Source: Barthelona sp. PCE (taxonomy: Eukaryota). From it: a DNA stretch of 64,000 nucleotides. Below are positions 1 to 11,791 of this stretch, one piece after another. The notes beneath the pieces are model-generated. The model did not search any database. It had not been told where the DNA came from and worked only from the letters and a program-made list of their open reading frames with translations. Numbering within the stretch: position 1 is the stretch's first letter; each line of letters begins with the position of its first letter. The DNA lies in contig JAUFOR010000001.1 in NCBI GenBank assembly GCA_040285745.1, positions 620,001-684,000 of the forward strand. Direction: 5' to 3'. Both the position numbers and the translations under genes were made by a program.

Positions 1-3000
1 GTTCCAATAGTGAGCTCCAGCTGAAGATCAGCTCCAATTCCTTCTATACTACACAATATCTCGGTCTCAGAAGCGTCAGAAATGGTGCAATCGTACGAAC
101 CAAAGCGCACTGATAGATGGCGCATCACCGCATTACCTCCCAGCCCGGAACCGCTCAATCGCAAGACCATGTTGTCTGTTGCAGCAGTTACGCGGTCAAC
201 CGAGGAAACTGTAGGGTCAGGGACAAACTCCGAAGCAGTTTCTCCCAACACCGTAAGTTCTAGACCCGGAACCGCCTGCTCAAAGTAAATCTTGAACACT
301 AGGTTATCGGTAGTGCTCACTATGAGGGAATCCTCGTCCAAAAGACCGTTGTGTGAGATGTCCAAACACTCAAAACGCAACTGTGAATCTACATCAATTT
401 CCCTGCCTGAGACGGTCATTGAATGTTGGTGAGGCTGCATCACCACTGTTTGAACAAAAAGAACCAAATCCTCAAAGCGAAGCTCAACTACCTTTCCTAC
501 TCCAGGACACCACATAATTTCAGCAAGAGGAACGGTTATGTTCCCATCAATAAGAGCTGATTCATATAATTGGTTATCTATATATAAGGGGTAGTGGAAA
601 AAATCATCATACAGGAACTTTCCAGAAATGACAAGATCTTGATCTCCGAAATTTACGGATACATCAGTGGGAGGGTCTGTAGTGAGCATGATACTGACCG
701 TAGATCCGACAAATGAGCTGTCCATTAGTAAATTAAATGTACTGTTTCCTATAAATTTGGAGTGTGAGCATCTTATAGAGTTATGAAGCAAAAACCAGCA
801 ATCGATTTTGTACGCATATTCCATACGCTCAAGAGCTACAGGCATGAATCTTTCGTCAGAATTATGTAAAAACGGAAGTGTAACATCGATCTCTGATGAG
901 TGGAGGTTTACCTTTATGCTTTTAAACGTACGTGTTAAAGAAGAAATTGAGATTGGGAACACTCCTTTTCTGGCTTCAATAGTGATGTTCTGAGCAAACA
1001 GCGAAGTGAATTTCACCTTCATCGACTCATGACTTATAAAATACGGATACACCCGAGTGCAACCAAACATATCGCATACATGATAGGATATTGCAGTGGA
1101 GTTCAAATCAAATCCGTTGCACTCAACACCTTCAATGATCTCACTACACTGTATCAACAGCCCAAACGGAGTAATGTCTTCAGGACTTATATTAAGATTC
1201 GCACTGGAAGGACCAGAGAATATGCTTCCTGGTTTAAGCATGTATAAAGCATAGAGAGATTTCTCTGATATTATTTTGGGGGATTTGAGATTGATAATCG
1301 TACCAAAAACATTTTCTGTGATGGTGATAGGCTGATCTGAACATGAAACAAAAATTGATGTGTGGTAGAATCCTTTAGCATGTTCTAAACATGCAATTAC
1401 CTGGCCTGCAGCGATTTCATTGGGAATATTAGCGATTTCATTGAAATATTGTACAATTTTGATATTTGAATTTAAAAAATCAAAACTTACATCAGGGCTC
1501 ATCCAACCAATAGCAGCATTTCTGACGTTCGTCAGTTTTACGCTTGAGTATGCGTATATTTCAAGCATATTCGTGTTAAAATCTGAAGTTACACAATGAT
1601 CACACAAAACAATCACATATACACTATCATCTGCATTGAAAATAAACTCTTCGTTTGAAAATACACTTATTTTGGTTGCATTTATGAGTTTAGGGAGAAT
1701 GGGCATCACATTATAAAAAGAAATATCACCACTTATCCAACTAGAAACAGTAAACGAACCACTGAAAATTTGCACATTTGCACAATTTATCTCCAGAGTG
1801 CTTAGGTTTGAATTCTTTGCAATGAAGTCCTTTATGTATCCTGTATCCATAACAATATCAGTTGAAGAAGACACACCACTGAGAGTTATGTGAGAACTGT
1901 TGACTAAACTACAATGCGAAACCAACATAACTGTGGGATTGTCAGTTGCAAAAAGCAACACGTTACTTGAATTAAAAGCATAAATGGCAAGTTTCGTAGT
2001 CAAAATAGTAATTGAACATTCAACATCAATGCAATAAACTGTTGTTAAATCTGAACCACTGACTGCAACCGTTAATGAATCTGATGCACCTTCTATTGTG
2101 GATGCCTCGCTGTAATACAGTTCCTGAAGCATATGCATACCAAAGATATTGACTGTAACCGCATCATCGTCATTGTTCAACGTAATATTATTCACAAAAA
2201 ACCAGGATTGAGGTCGAAGCAACTCGTCTCTGCTGGTTTTAGAGACAAATGAAACATTAGCAGTATTTCCAGCCAGCACAATGGTCGAATTCCTATCAAG
2301 ATGAAAAACGAAAGGTTTGTTCAAAATTGTTTCACTAATAGTAGCTATAACAGTACAGCTTTCACTAATGTGCATCTCACACCCACTCGGCAACGTCATC
2401 TTAATTGGTTGGTTGGATTGATCAATACGTAAAACTAAATCATTGTTGTGATGATTGGTTACATCAAGAAAGCTTCTTATGTCGGATCCATTAAATACAA
2501 TGCTAATTGGGGTCTCGCTCTTGATACCAACAGATACAATACTACCCAAAATGATATAAGACTCATCAATATAGGAATAAACATCATAAATTTGAAATGC
2601 ATTCAAAATCACAACACGTAATGATTCCGTAGGTCCAGCATAATTCGCAATTCCTCTGCTGCTAGATGTATGAATATAAATTGCGCCTTGCCAATCCGAT
2701 TGATTTGCAGTTAATAAACCTGAAGATAAAAAGATTGCATTCGCATCAATTTTAATTGTACCAACTCTATTCATAGAAACAAAACCGGAACCGGTTAAAG
2801 TTAAGTTGAGTGAGTCTAATCCTTCAAAGAAAGAACCCATTGATAGACATATTGAAGCATTTTCGTGCATACAATTCATTTTTGAAAAACCAATAGCAGT
2901 AAAGTCACCACTACATTTCCCAGCTTGCACAGCTAATGAGTTTGACGGAATTGGTTGAATATAAAATGTTTCACTCAATGAAATTTTTAAATTTTTGGGA

Positions 3001-6000
3001 TAAGCATCTCTGAATAAATTTTTGGGCGTATTCAATTCTCCAAAACTTAACTCACCGTGGGTGGGCATGCATTCCGAGTCAATCTCATCGATAGGAATAC
3101 TTTCACGGGTATAATAAAAGTTAAGATTGCATCTTGAACATAGACTGCCATTCATCCGCCACGGATTTGTATTAGAAGATACAACCGAGAGGCTTGAGTT
3201 ATAAGAGCTGAACTCCATTGTAGGACGTGGATATACGTTAGCACATCGAATGCTAGTATCTGATACATCAATATTAGATTTCTTAAATTGAATATTGTTG
3301 AAATTATCAATGAGTTTGATAAAAAAAGCAAAGTAAGTATCACTAATGGTGTTGTAAAAATTCTCAAAGATAAGCGTTCCATAGTTAATGAAATGAGATC
3401 TTGCTAATAAAGGGCTACTACTACAAGACATACAGACAATATTTAAAATACCATCGGGATAAACTATTACATTTCTAAAATACCACGATTTAGTACTCTG
3501 TATGACCAACTCACCCCTAATGGACAATAATGGTATCTCAAAGAAACTACATATTTCAGAGCTGGAAATATTGTTTGAGCCTCTGAATTCAACAGATTGA
3601 CTTATTAACATTGGGCAAATAGTAAAATTAGAGTCAATTATGGTAAGTCCAGATGCATCAATAGCGAAAGGATTAATATTTTGAAGATTTCCAAACGATA
3701 CTGATGTTGGACCTAAAAATTTGATAACTGATATGTTAACAGATAAAAATGGAATGTATAACGTGGAATAACCTAAATCAAACACGTTTATCGGTGATTT
3801 AAATGCGGAAATATGTTCAAATGTAGAAACATTGAAGGTCAGATATCCAATAAATGTTGATATGTGTAAAATATCATGTATTTTGAGTTTAAGCTCTCCA
3901 TAAAACACAATTGATGAGAAGCTCCATATATCCACCCATTGATATATGTGGTATTCTGATACTAGTGATCCAGATGTGAACAAACGGAGCGGATATGAAT
4001 CGTAGGGAGATTCTTGAATAAGTATAGTTGAAAAAGAACTGCCAACTAACATTATATGCCCTTTTCCTTCAAAATCATCTATATTGAATGACTCATCAAG
4101 GAAACTGAAATTTAAAACAGCATCCTTTAAAACAAAAAATATTACTGGTGCACTAGGCTCCTCAAAAAACACAACTTCTACTTCTGTATCAGGAGTGATT
4201 ATAACAGTGGCACTACTTTCAGCAATGTATTCCCAGGGTTCTGTTACAGTTTGTAATATTAGATAGAAGATAACATCGCCAAAACTCAATTCAGTGATAC
4301 CAAAAGATGGAGTGCTACGCACTGGGTTGATAACATGACGCTGCCCCTCCAAATTACTACAATTCAACACATTCACACTTGAAAAAGCAAAGAAGTGATC
4401 CACACTAATAGAAGAACAGGCAATAAATGACGCTTCTTCCATGTACAGGATACGTGCCCCTTCTGATGCAGCGAGGACAGTCCACGTGTCAGAGATATGA
4501 GATGAAGAAGTGGGCGAATTGATAACACACAATGTTACACAGGACAAAAAAAGCTGTTTCTCACTTACATCATCTACCATATTGATAATGTGACCAATAA
4601 AAGCTGTGTGAGAATCTTCTTCATAATAAACTGATGGAATTTCTGTTGAAATTAAATATGATGATGGGTCGGCGAAATTTTTAAATCCCTCTCTGAACGA
4701 ATAAACAGTAAGCATGTGTATTTCCATTGATATATGCTGAGAAATATAACTAGAATTCGTCATTTCCAGAGAATGGATGGCAATACTTCCACCATATGTT
4801 TTTACCTTCGAATTCACCACTATAAAGTTTTGGATATCAGTCTTTTGTGTATTAATAGATATCTGACAGTTTGAAACATTTAATGACTCAACCGCAAGAT
4901 ATTTAAAAGTTACTGATACACTTGAACCAATGCATACAATTTTATCAAGTTTATCCACAACAGTATCTGCAAAGAATGAATCACTTAAGAGCAGTGTTCC
5001 AAAAGATGCATGCTTTGTATTCATTATTCTGAAGTACCTACTAAAAGCCTCAGTATATTGTATTTCTAAACGAAGAAAACCAGTTATGACTGTCATATTG
5101 TTGGTTTTCAATTGTTCAAAAAACAATGATGAAGCATGATCTTTACCTCTAAAATAACTCCTACTGTTAGTAAAAAATGTACTGATATAATTGCTACCAT
5201 ACACATGAACATGACAGTAAGGTGACAGTAATAAGCTTGAAATTGAACAATTCTCAATATTAACGATAGGTTCTGAGTGCAACACATCAACTTCGAGCAC
5301 AGATGCAGTTATGTTGATCAATGTAACGTTCATGGCTTTGATCGTTAAAGTATCAAATATCGCATTTTTGCAGAACAGAATTTTCTCTATTCTCCTGGAC
5401 AGTGTAAGACTCACCGCTTTGGAAAGTCGGTTGAACGAAAATATCAGAGTTGATTACACTAGTTGCATGCAAAGAAGCAACGAACTGAATCGAGTTTGTG
5501 GAATTGAGAACTGAATTAGCCTCCATAAGCAAAGATATTGGGGTATCTGCAAAGCAACCATCATCAAGCACCACTGTTGATCCCTCTAAAACGGTGATCG
5601 AGGATGTTTCAAGGAATAAAACGTTGTTCAGAATGCAAAAACCTTGACATACCATAATGTGATGTACCTGTCCCACAAAGACATTAGCATCGATCAAATG
5701 TAAGGAGGGACAAGAGCTGAAGAGCTTATATAGGGTTCCGTCGTAAACTTTTAGGAAGTTATGAAAAATACATCTGCTCAAAGTGCTATTTCCAGTAATT
5801 GTGACATTGTTTTGAAATGTAGTCTCTGTGATAAAAGCGTTTCCAACCACGAAAACGTCTGAAATAAAAACCGAACTATCAATTCTTACAACTTCAGTAT
5901 TGATCTTCATATCTGAAAAACCAAACTGGCATTTCTGAAGAAGCAAAACTCTTCCCCCAGCGCTGTTTTCTAGATCACATATACTGTCTTTTCCTTTTTG

Positions 6001-7709
6001 CTGAACAGGAAATCCGGACGGCAAGCTGTACTCATCATCATCGAAAGATAGAGTTTTTCCAGAACCATTATAATCAACATACACATCTCTATGCTGCTGC
6101 TCCCGGTATTCTGCCAAGGACATGCCATACCTATAATTTTGATGGATACTACTCTCATCCACTGGGTCTAATGAAGTAGCAACAACATCAGCATTGAAAC
6201 TGATATCAGTTTCTAAGGCAGAATATACACACGTGACACAACTTAAAACACCGCTAACATGTGCATATTTCCCAATTAAAGCTGAGGCTAAATTCACATT
6301 CCCAAGTAATCTTGCACCGTTCATCAGCAGTAAAGATAAATTAGGCCAACTGACAGGTGACAGTGCATTCATAGATGCAAAAGGAAGCATTGTTATTGTT
6401 GAATACGCGAATATTACATCTACTCCACTCACTAAATTCCTTTTAATCAGCAATTTGCTGCTGTCAATGTATGAATTAAATATGATGCAATGATCAATAA
6501 CAACACGTAATTCTGAGACCTCCGATGAATAAACAAACAAAGTTTTAATACGAAAACTAACTGAGATGCTTAATAAATACAGATCAATATTTGCAATATG
6601 AAAATAATCAAAATCTCCAACTTGAATTTCTGCCTCATCTGAATCACTTATAATAGAGATTCGTCCTGACATACTTTTAATTTTACCTAAATTAAACACA
6701 TAAGCATTTAAAAAATGAAAATTAAACGAAAGATGGCTATTTATCAAATTCAAATCATAATATCGCCCTGTAAAGCATGTGTCTTGTGTCAAGATTGTTG
6801 TTTTGGTTAAATGAGATATTTGTACACTGCCTACAGGGCAATCAAAATATTGAAGGTGCAAAATCATTGAATTCTTTTTAGCAATTATGTATTCATAATC
6901 TTGATAATTTCCCTGTCGAAGAGGGATGAACTGAAACTGTTCTTGGCTGGAATATTGTGCATTGGAACCAAAACCACAAGTTTCATCAAAGGCGAACTCT
7001 TTTGATCGTATGCCAAAATATAACAACCTAATTCATTAAGCTTTTTGACTTGAATATATATCATTGGTTCATGCCACTCAAAATGATGCAGATCAATAAT
7101 CTCGTTATCAAACATCCAATCAGAAAGTGACTGGTCTAGCATAAAGTATTCTTCTGTAAATAACCCAATCATTGCAAACCTCATTTTTTTTTCAAACATA
7201 ATAGTGCCAAACAAATAATTATTAATAACAGAATGTACTTCAATTATTGGTGTATCACCAAACTTTGTGATTGATGATAAAATAGGCTTATTTTGAAAAG
7301 AAATTTCCACAATTTGCAACTCGAAATGTGTTGAATTGTGAGCAAATTGAACAAAGGTGTGAGTTGCATCTATCCATCCAAATTTAGAGACTGGATTGTG
7401 TATTTTGAGTGGTGTGATCTCTTTGTAATTATGTCTTGCACATGAAAGATCATGGGTATCAATATCACATCTGTAAGAAAAGATATATGCTGAATTCATT
7501 GAAAAAGAAGTGCTATTGCAATATCTTGCAGCTATGAAAGCATCACCAGATTCAAATGCTTTATATGCGAACCTTACGTTGACACAACCGTGTTCATCGT
7601 TGAGAAAGTCATCGTACTCAGCCGGAAGATAGTCAGCCGGAAGAATTCTTCGTGTTAAAGTTGTGGAAACACTTAAACAAAGAAAAAGGAAGAGTAATAA
7701 AGCCCTCAT
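1..7709 (-). CDS. Giant secreted/cell-surface protein (signal peptide, long beta-rich region, IPT/TIG-like domain); 3' end lies beyond the window; two frame breaks
   Basis: ATG at 7709 gives MRALLLFLFLCLSVSTT (signal peptide). There are three overlapping minus-strand frames: 7709-6885, 7032-5353, and a frame I read by hand as stop-free from 5453 to the window start (~1,817 codons, missing from the ORF track because it has no stop). The last ~80 aa (FVPDPTVSSVDRV...LRLSGSGLGG...VRFGSYDCTISDASETEILC) resemble an IPT/TIG domain. Confidence 0.75.
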
Positions 7710-7765
7710 GTTGCGTGAATATTTATGTAATAAAGACAAGGCATAGTAAATGAAAAAGAAAAAGT

Positions 7766-8776
7766 TTATTGTCTATCATTAGAACTTAAATCGGACTCTA
7801 ACTCAGGAATGCCATCAATTAGCTCATCTTCTTCCAGGTAATTGTAATGTAAAGTCTCATATGATCTTCTCATATGATCCTCTGAAACAAATTCAATTTC
7901 GCCTTGCTGTTGATACTGTATGGATTCATCGTCGTTAACAAGTGCTCGCGGCCAGAAAGATGATCTCCAAACTGACATGCTGTGTTCTGAATTTTGTAAT
8001 GGGTCAAATTGGGCTATAGTAATGTTCTCAGGCTTGAATGGACTAATTTTTGTCATTCCAGTCTGCAACTGTGGATAATATATCTTTAAAACAAGCATAA
8101 CAGTCATATATTCATAGACTAATGATCTATATAAGATTTCTAGATGCTTTCTAATGTTTGTCTTGATTTTCCACTCCATATTACTCAATCTGAGCTCCTC
8201 GTTCTCTCGCAACATATTAAGTTCTCGATCTATGATAAGTAAACTGACTATAACATTAGAAAATCGTTTATCTTTCAGGATATCACCAATCAAAGCTAAT
8301 TCTCGGATGTAGTCGCAATGGGAGTCAAGCATGGGTAAGAAATTTGCCAACTGAGCATCATTTAAATTGAGGTATCGCTGAGTATCATATTTTTTTTTAA
8401 TCAGCCTTAAATTTAAGTTCTTCATGTTACGAAGGTCTAACAAGACCTGTAAATCAAGGTCGGACTTATCAGGATCAAACTTACCAAGTGCATGAATAAG
8501 AAAATTTCCCAAACGTGAATAAAAAAAGCTCACAAATAAACTATTCTTGAAAATTTGGTCGTACTTTTCAATGTACACTTCTACAAATGAGAATAAAGCA
8601 TAAGCCCACGTTAAACGAGCAGGTGCATAAAAAAGCCCAGAAAGGAATACTTGAGCAATAAATTCAAAAGAAAATGACTTAATAGTGAGCCATAGTATGA
8701 TGAACAAAAGTATTGAAACAAGAACATCAACTACTAGAAGAAGAAGTAGTAAACGAGGAGCAGAAAGCAATTGCAT
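7766..8776 (-). CDS. Hypothetical membrane protein, 336 aa
   Basis: Long ORF with N-terminal hydrophobic segments and an acidic tail; no family recognised. Confidence 0.7.
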   Translation of the reverse strand: MQLLSAPRLLLLLLVVDVLVSILLFIILWLTIKSFSFEFIAQVFLSGLFYAPARLTWAYALFSFVEVYIEKYDQIFKNSLFVSFFYSRLGNFLIHALGKFDPDKSDLDLQVLLDLRNMKNLNLRLIKKKYDTQRYLNLNDAQLANFLPMLDSHCDYIRELALIGDILKDKRFSNVIVSLLIIDRELNMLRENEELRLSNMEWKIKTNIRKHLEILYRSLVYEYMTVMLVLKIYYPQLQTGMTKISPFKPENITIAQFDPLQNSEHSMSVWRSSFWPRALVNDDESIQYQQQGEIEFVSEDHMRRSYETLHYNYLEEDELIDGIPELESDLSSNDRQ

Positions 8777-9039
8777 TGAATATTATGTTAGGATAACCAC
8801 CAAAATTCTCCCAAAGGCCCTTTAAGTTGAAAAACTTACAAAAACTGTAAAACCCTCAAAAAAGAGAAAACAGTAAGATAGTATCACTATCAGTGCTTCA
8901 ACGGTCAAACGACCTTTCAGCATCTTCATAAATCTACTTCATGAAGTAAAAAAATACAAAATTAAGAAGAAAAAAATTTCTTGTTTTTGAATGGAATTTA
9001 TTCCAATAACGATCCCAGAACCTCTTTTAAAATGTGAAC

Positions 9040-9362
9040 TTAGGCCTTCTTGACAATATCAAACTTCTTAGATCTTCTAAGCTTGCGCTGATTCTTGGCA
9101 CCGCACTGGCAAGTCAATCTGAGAAGAGTCTTCTTTGTGGTCTTGGCCTTACGCTTCAAAATAGGCTTGGTTTGACCACCAAAACCGGCTTGCTTCATGT
9201 CCTAAAGGTTAGAATTTTTTTTTTTCAATGCAAACACACGTAACGACGACGACCCTTGGCAAACTTAGATTCCTTGCTCTTTTTGTACTGAGACACCTTG
9301 TGGACACGGTGCTTGTTACAGTTAGGGCAATAGGTACGAATTGTAGGAGGACAGGAAACCAT
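9040..9362 (-). CDS. RPL36A: 60S ribosomal protein eL42 (L36a/L44), two exons 9362-9240 and 9201-9040
   Basis: Spliced translation is [77 protein letters not shown]..., with the GGQTKP and KAKTTKK signatures. Not in the ORF track. Confidence 0.97.
9202..9239 (-). other. 38-nt spliceosomal intron of RPL36A
   Basis: GTGTGT...TTCTAACCTTTAG; removal restores the conserved RRRYD frame; CTAAC branch point lies immediately before the 3' AG. Confidence 0.95.
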
Positions 9363-10066
9363 TTCTAGTATTCCGGAGGATTAACCGTTGAGGAAAAGGG
9401 GAAAAATTCGAAAGGAGTAGGAAACATAGTAAATATAGTTCCTTGTGTTTTTTCACTGTTTTAAACATATTTGGCAGATCAAATTGTGTAGTAATTGCTA
9501 TTGACGTTGTTTAAAATGGGACATTACACTTTTGTAAAGATATTTTTTGGAAACTCTCTGCATTACTTATTATCGTGTTTTTCATAAGAGTTTGTCGAGT
9601 TTTTTTGCTGTTTTCGGTGTTGCTAGCTGTAAGATCAACAGCTACTGTATTTTTGGGCTTTTGTTTAACATTTATTGTTTTGTGTTTGTATAATTGCTTT
9701 TTTAACTATTTTCCCTGTGTCTTCGTATCGCAAAAACATGTGTGACATTATTTTATTGTGTGTATGAAAAAGTTTGTGTTTTTTAGGGATTTTTCTTTAT
9801 CTACATGTATTTGAGGTGTCATGTTGTATGCATCCGAGATAAATATAGTTGTGCAACACTTAGTAGATATTTGGGCATTGTTTGCTGGTGCAAAAATTAT
9901 TATATGATGTTTCCATAAATTTTGTTGCGAGTCAGAGAAGTTTTTTGAATGCGTGCATCCATACACATTGACCTGATAATAATAAATAATGTAGGAAGTT
10001 GTTCAAATAGATGTTTTCTTTTTTTTCCTCCTTTTTTCTGATTTTCATAAGAAAATCTTGTAGATC

Positions 10067-11791
10067 ATGGTGAAAACAAGAGCCAAAGGTCGAAAGCGTA
10101 GACACACTCCATTTTTTAAGAAATCTGTTGTGAAAGTTTTACTTGCTATTGTTGTGGTTAACGCTCTACTTATGACACTTCTCATTACGCGTTTTTCCAC
10201 CAACGAACCCCAACCCACTGAGGATCCAAACATTCATGAACCGCATCCTGATGTTTCCAAGCCAGTTGATCCTATGCAGCCTGTAGATCCAACAGAACCG
10301 TCAGAACCGTCAGAGCCCACGGAACCAACTCAACCAACAGAACCAACAGAACCAACAGAGCCGACAGAGCCGACCGAACCAACACAGCCTACAGAACCTA
10401 CAGAGCCTACAGAACCAGAACCGTCAACGCCAGAGGGAACATACCTGTCCCGCAAGGGATTGCCTGATCCACCACAGTTCGATGAAGAACCGAGCACACA
10501 TAGCTGGCAAACTCGCCTTTATGGTTTTGATACTCTTGCAGCCGGTGCAATCAATCCATACTGTACCGCCAAGGCCCCTGACAGACTCACACTGGACGAG
10601 TTTGCACGTAAGCACAACTGTCCCCGAGATCCAGATCCCGACCTCATCACCTCAGTTGAGTATATGCACGAGAGGTGGCCGAATGGGTTCGACGCCAGCC
10701 TCATCCAGAAGGAACTTCACGTCAGACAATGCAGTAATCGTCCTTTCTTGATGCAGTTTATCGGAAACGAAGCGTATTTGATGGGCACACGAGGCATTCT
10801 CCATCATTGGTGGGGAGGCAGATGCGCGACCTACTGGGCTATGATGATGCGTGATCTGGCAAGAGAGATTGAGATGCCTGATGTCGAGGTGTGGCTGAGT
10901 ATCTGTGCAATGGCGGATAAGACGGCTTCTCACAAAATCCCCTACGGTTCGTACTGCACAGCACAATACCGTGAGGAGAGAAAGGCGTTGTTGTTCCCCA
11001 GGTGGTACTTTAATCAGCCCTTCTATCATTTCCCTGAGAATCCCAAGCCTGATAACGTTATGATTGGAGCATATGACATGTTTCAGTATCCTACAACCAA
11101 ACTGAGCTGGTACAAGGATTGGGATGACCGTATTAACAAGGTGCAGTTCGTAGGTGCATTAACGAGCAAGGGTCGTGGACAGGCGTATGGTAATATTTTA
11201 GATCACCCTGAGATCAAAGATTATGTTAAGTACGTGCTCGTTGGAGCTATTCCCGGTGGTAATTCATGGGTGGCGGCCAAACACCGTCCGCCAAAGTTCG
11301 GACCTAAGGAGAAAGTTGTTGAGCAGCTGAATTATAGAGGCGTTCTTCACATTGATGGAATTGCAGCGGCAGACCGACTTGCAAAGAATTTGTGGAGTGG
11401 ATCTACGCTTCTAATGCAGGAATCCCACTACAAGGAGTGGTTTTACTCGAAGCTTGTACCTTTTTATCATTATATCCCAGTTGCTTATGATATGAGCAAC
11501 GTGACTGACGCTATACAGTGGTTTGCAGACCACCCGAACGAGTCGAAACAAATTGCAGAGAACGCGTTTGAGTTCGCAAAGACAGAGCTTACTTACAAGA
11601 GGGCAATGTGTTATACAGCACGTTTGATACATGAATATGCATCCTATCAGAAGTACATACCCACAAAACATGATGGAGGACAGCACATTCCTTTACAAAC
11701 AGATAAAGAGGGACAATGTGATGGAGGTCGCAAATGTGTGCATGATAAGTGTTACTACAAGCACAAGGGTGTGTATGGTCACTACTTCTAG
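10067..11791 (+). CDS. Glycosyltransferase family 90 (CAP10/KDELC/POGLUT-like), type II membrane protein with Pro/Thr/Glu stem
   Basis: N-terminal TM and PTE repeats; the C-terminal HIDG..AADRL...SGSTLL...YKEWFYSKLVPFYHYIPV...IAENA motif is typical of Glyco_transf_90. Confidence 0.88.
   Translation: MVKTRAKGRKRRHTPFFKKSVVKVLLAIVVVNALLMTLLITRFSTNEPQPTEDPNIHEPHPDVSKPVDPMQPVDPTEPSEPSEPTEPTQPTEPTEPTEPTEPTEPTQPTEPTEPTEPEPSTPEGTYLSRKGLPDPPQFDEEPSTHSWQTRLYGFDTLAAGAINPYCTAKAPDRLTLDEFARKHNCPRDPDPDLITSVEYMHERWPNGFDASLIQKELHVRQCSNRPFLMQFIGNEAYLMGTRGILHHWWGGRCATYWAMMMRDLAREIEMPDVEVWLSICAMADKTASHKIPYGSYCTAQYREERKALLFPRWYFNQPFYHFPENPKPDNVMIGAYDMFQYPTTKLSWYKDWDDRINKVQFVGALTSKGRGQAYGNILDHPEIKDYVKYVLVGAIPGGNSWVAAKHRPPKFGPKEKVVEQLNYRGVLHIDGIAAADRLAKNLWSGSTLLMQESHYKEWFYSKLVPFYHYIPVAYDMSNVTDAIQWFADHPNESKQIAENAFEFAKTELTYKRAMCYTARLIHEYASYQKYIPTKHDGGQHIPLQTDKEGQCDGGRKCVHDKCYYKHKGVYGHYF
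10285..10428 (+). repeat. Degenerate 9-nt coding repeat (PTE/PSE/PTQ)n forming the GT90 stem
   Basis: Repeated ccaacagaa/ccgacagag/cctacagaa units. Confidence 0.85.

Noticed and set aside
1..5350. Alternative genetic code or pseudogene explaining the apparent ORF desert
   Set aside because: One minus-strand frame is fully open under the standard code. It is missing from the track only because its stop is outside the window.
9624..9660. TAGCTGT/ACAGCTA hairpin followed by Sm-like TATTTTTGG
   Set aside because: A single short hairpin in T-rich DNA with no other snRNA or SL RNA motif; likely chance.
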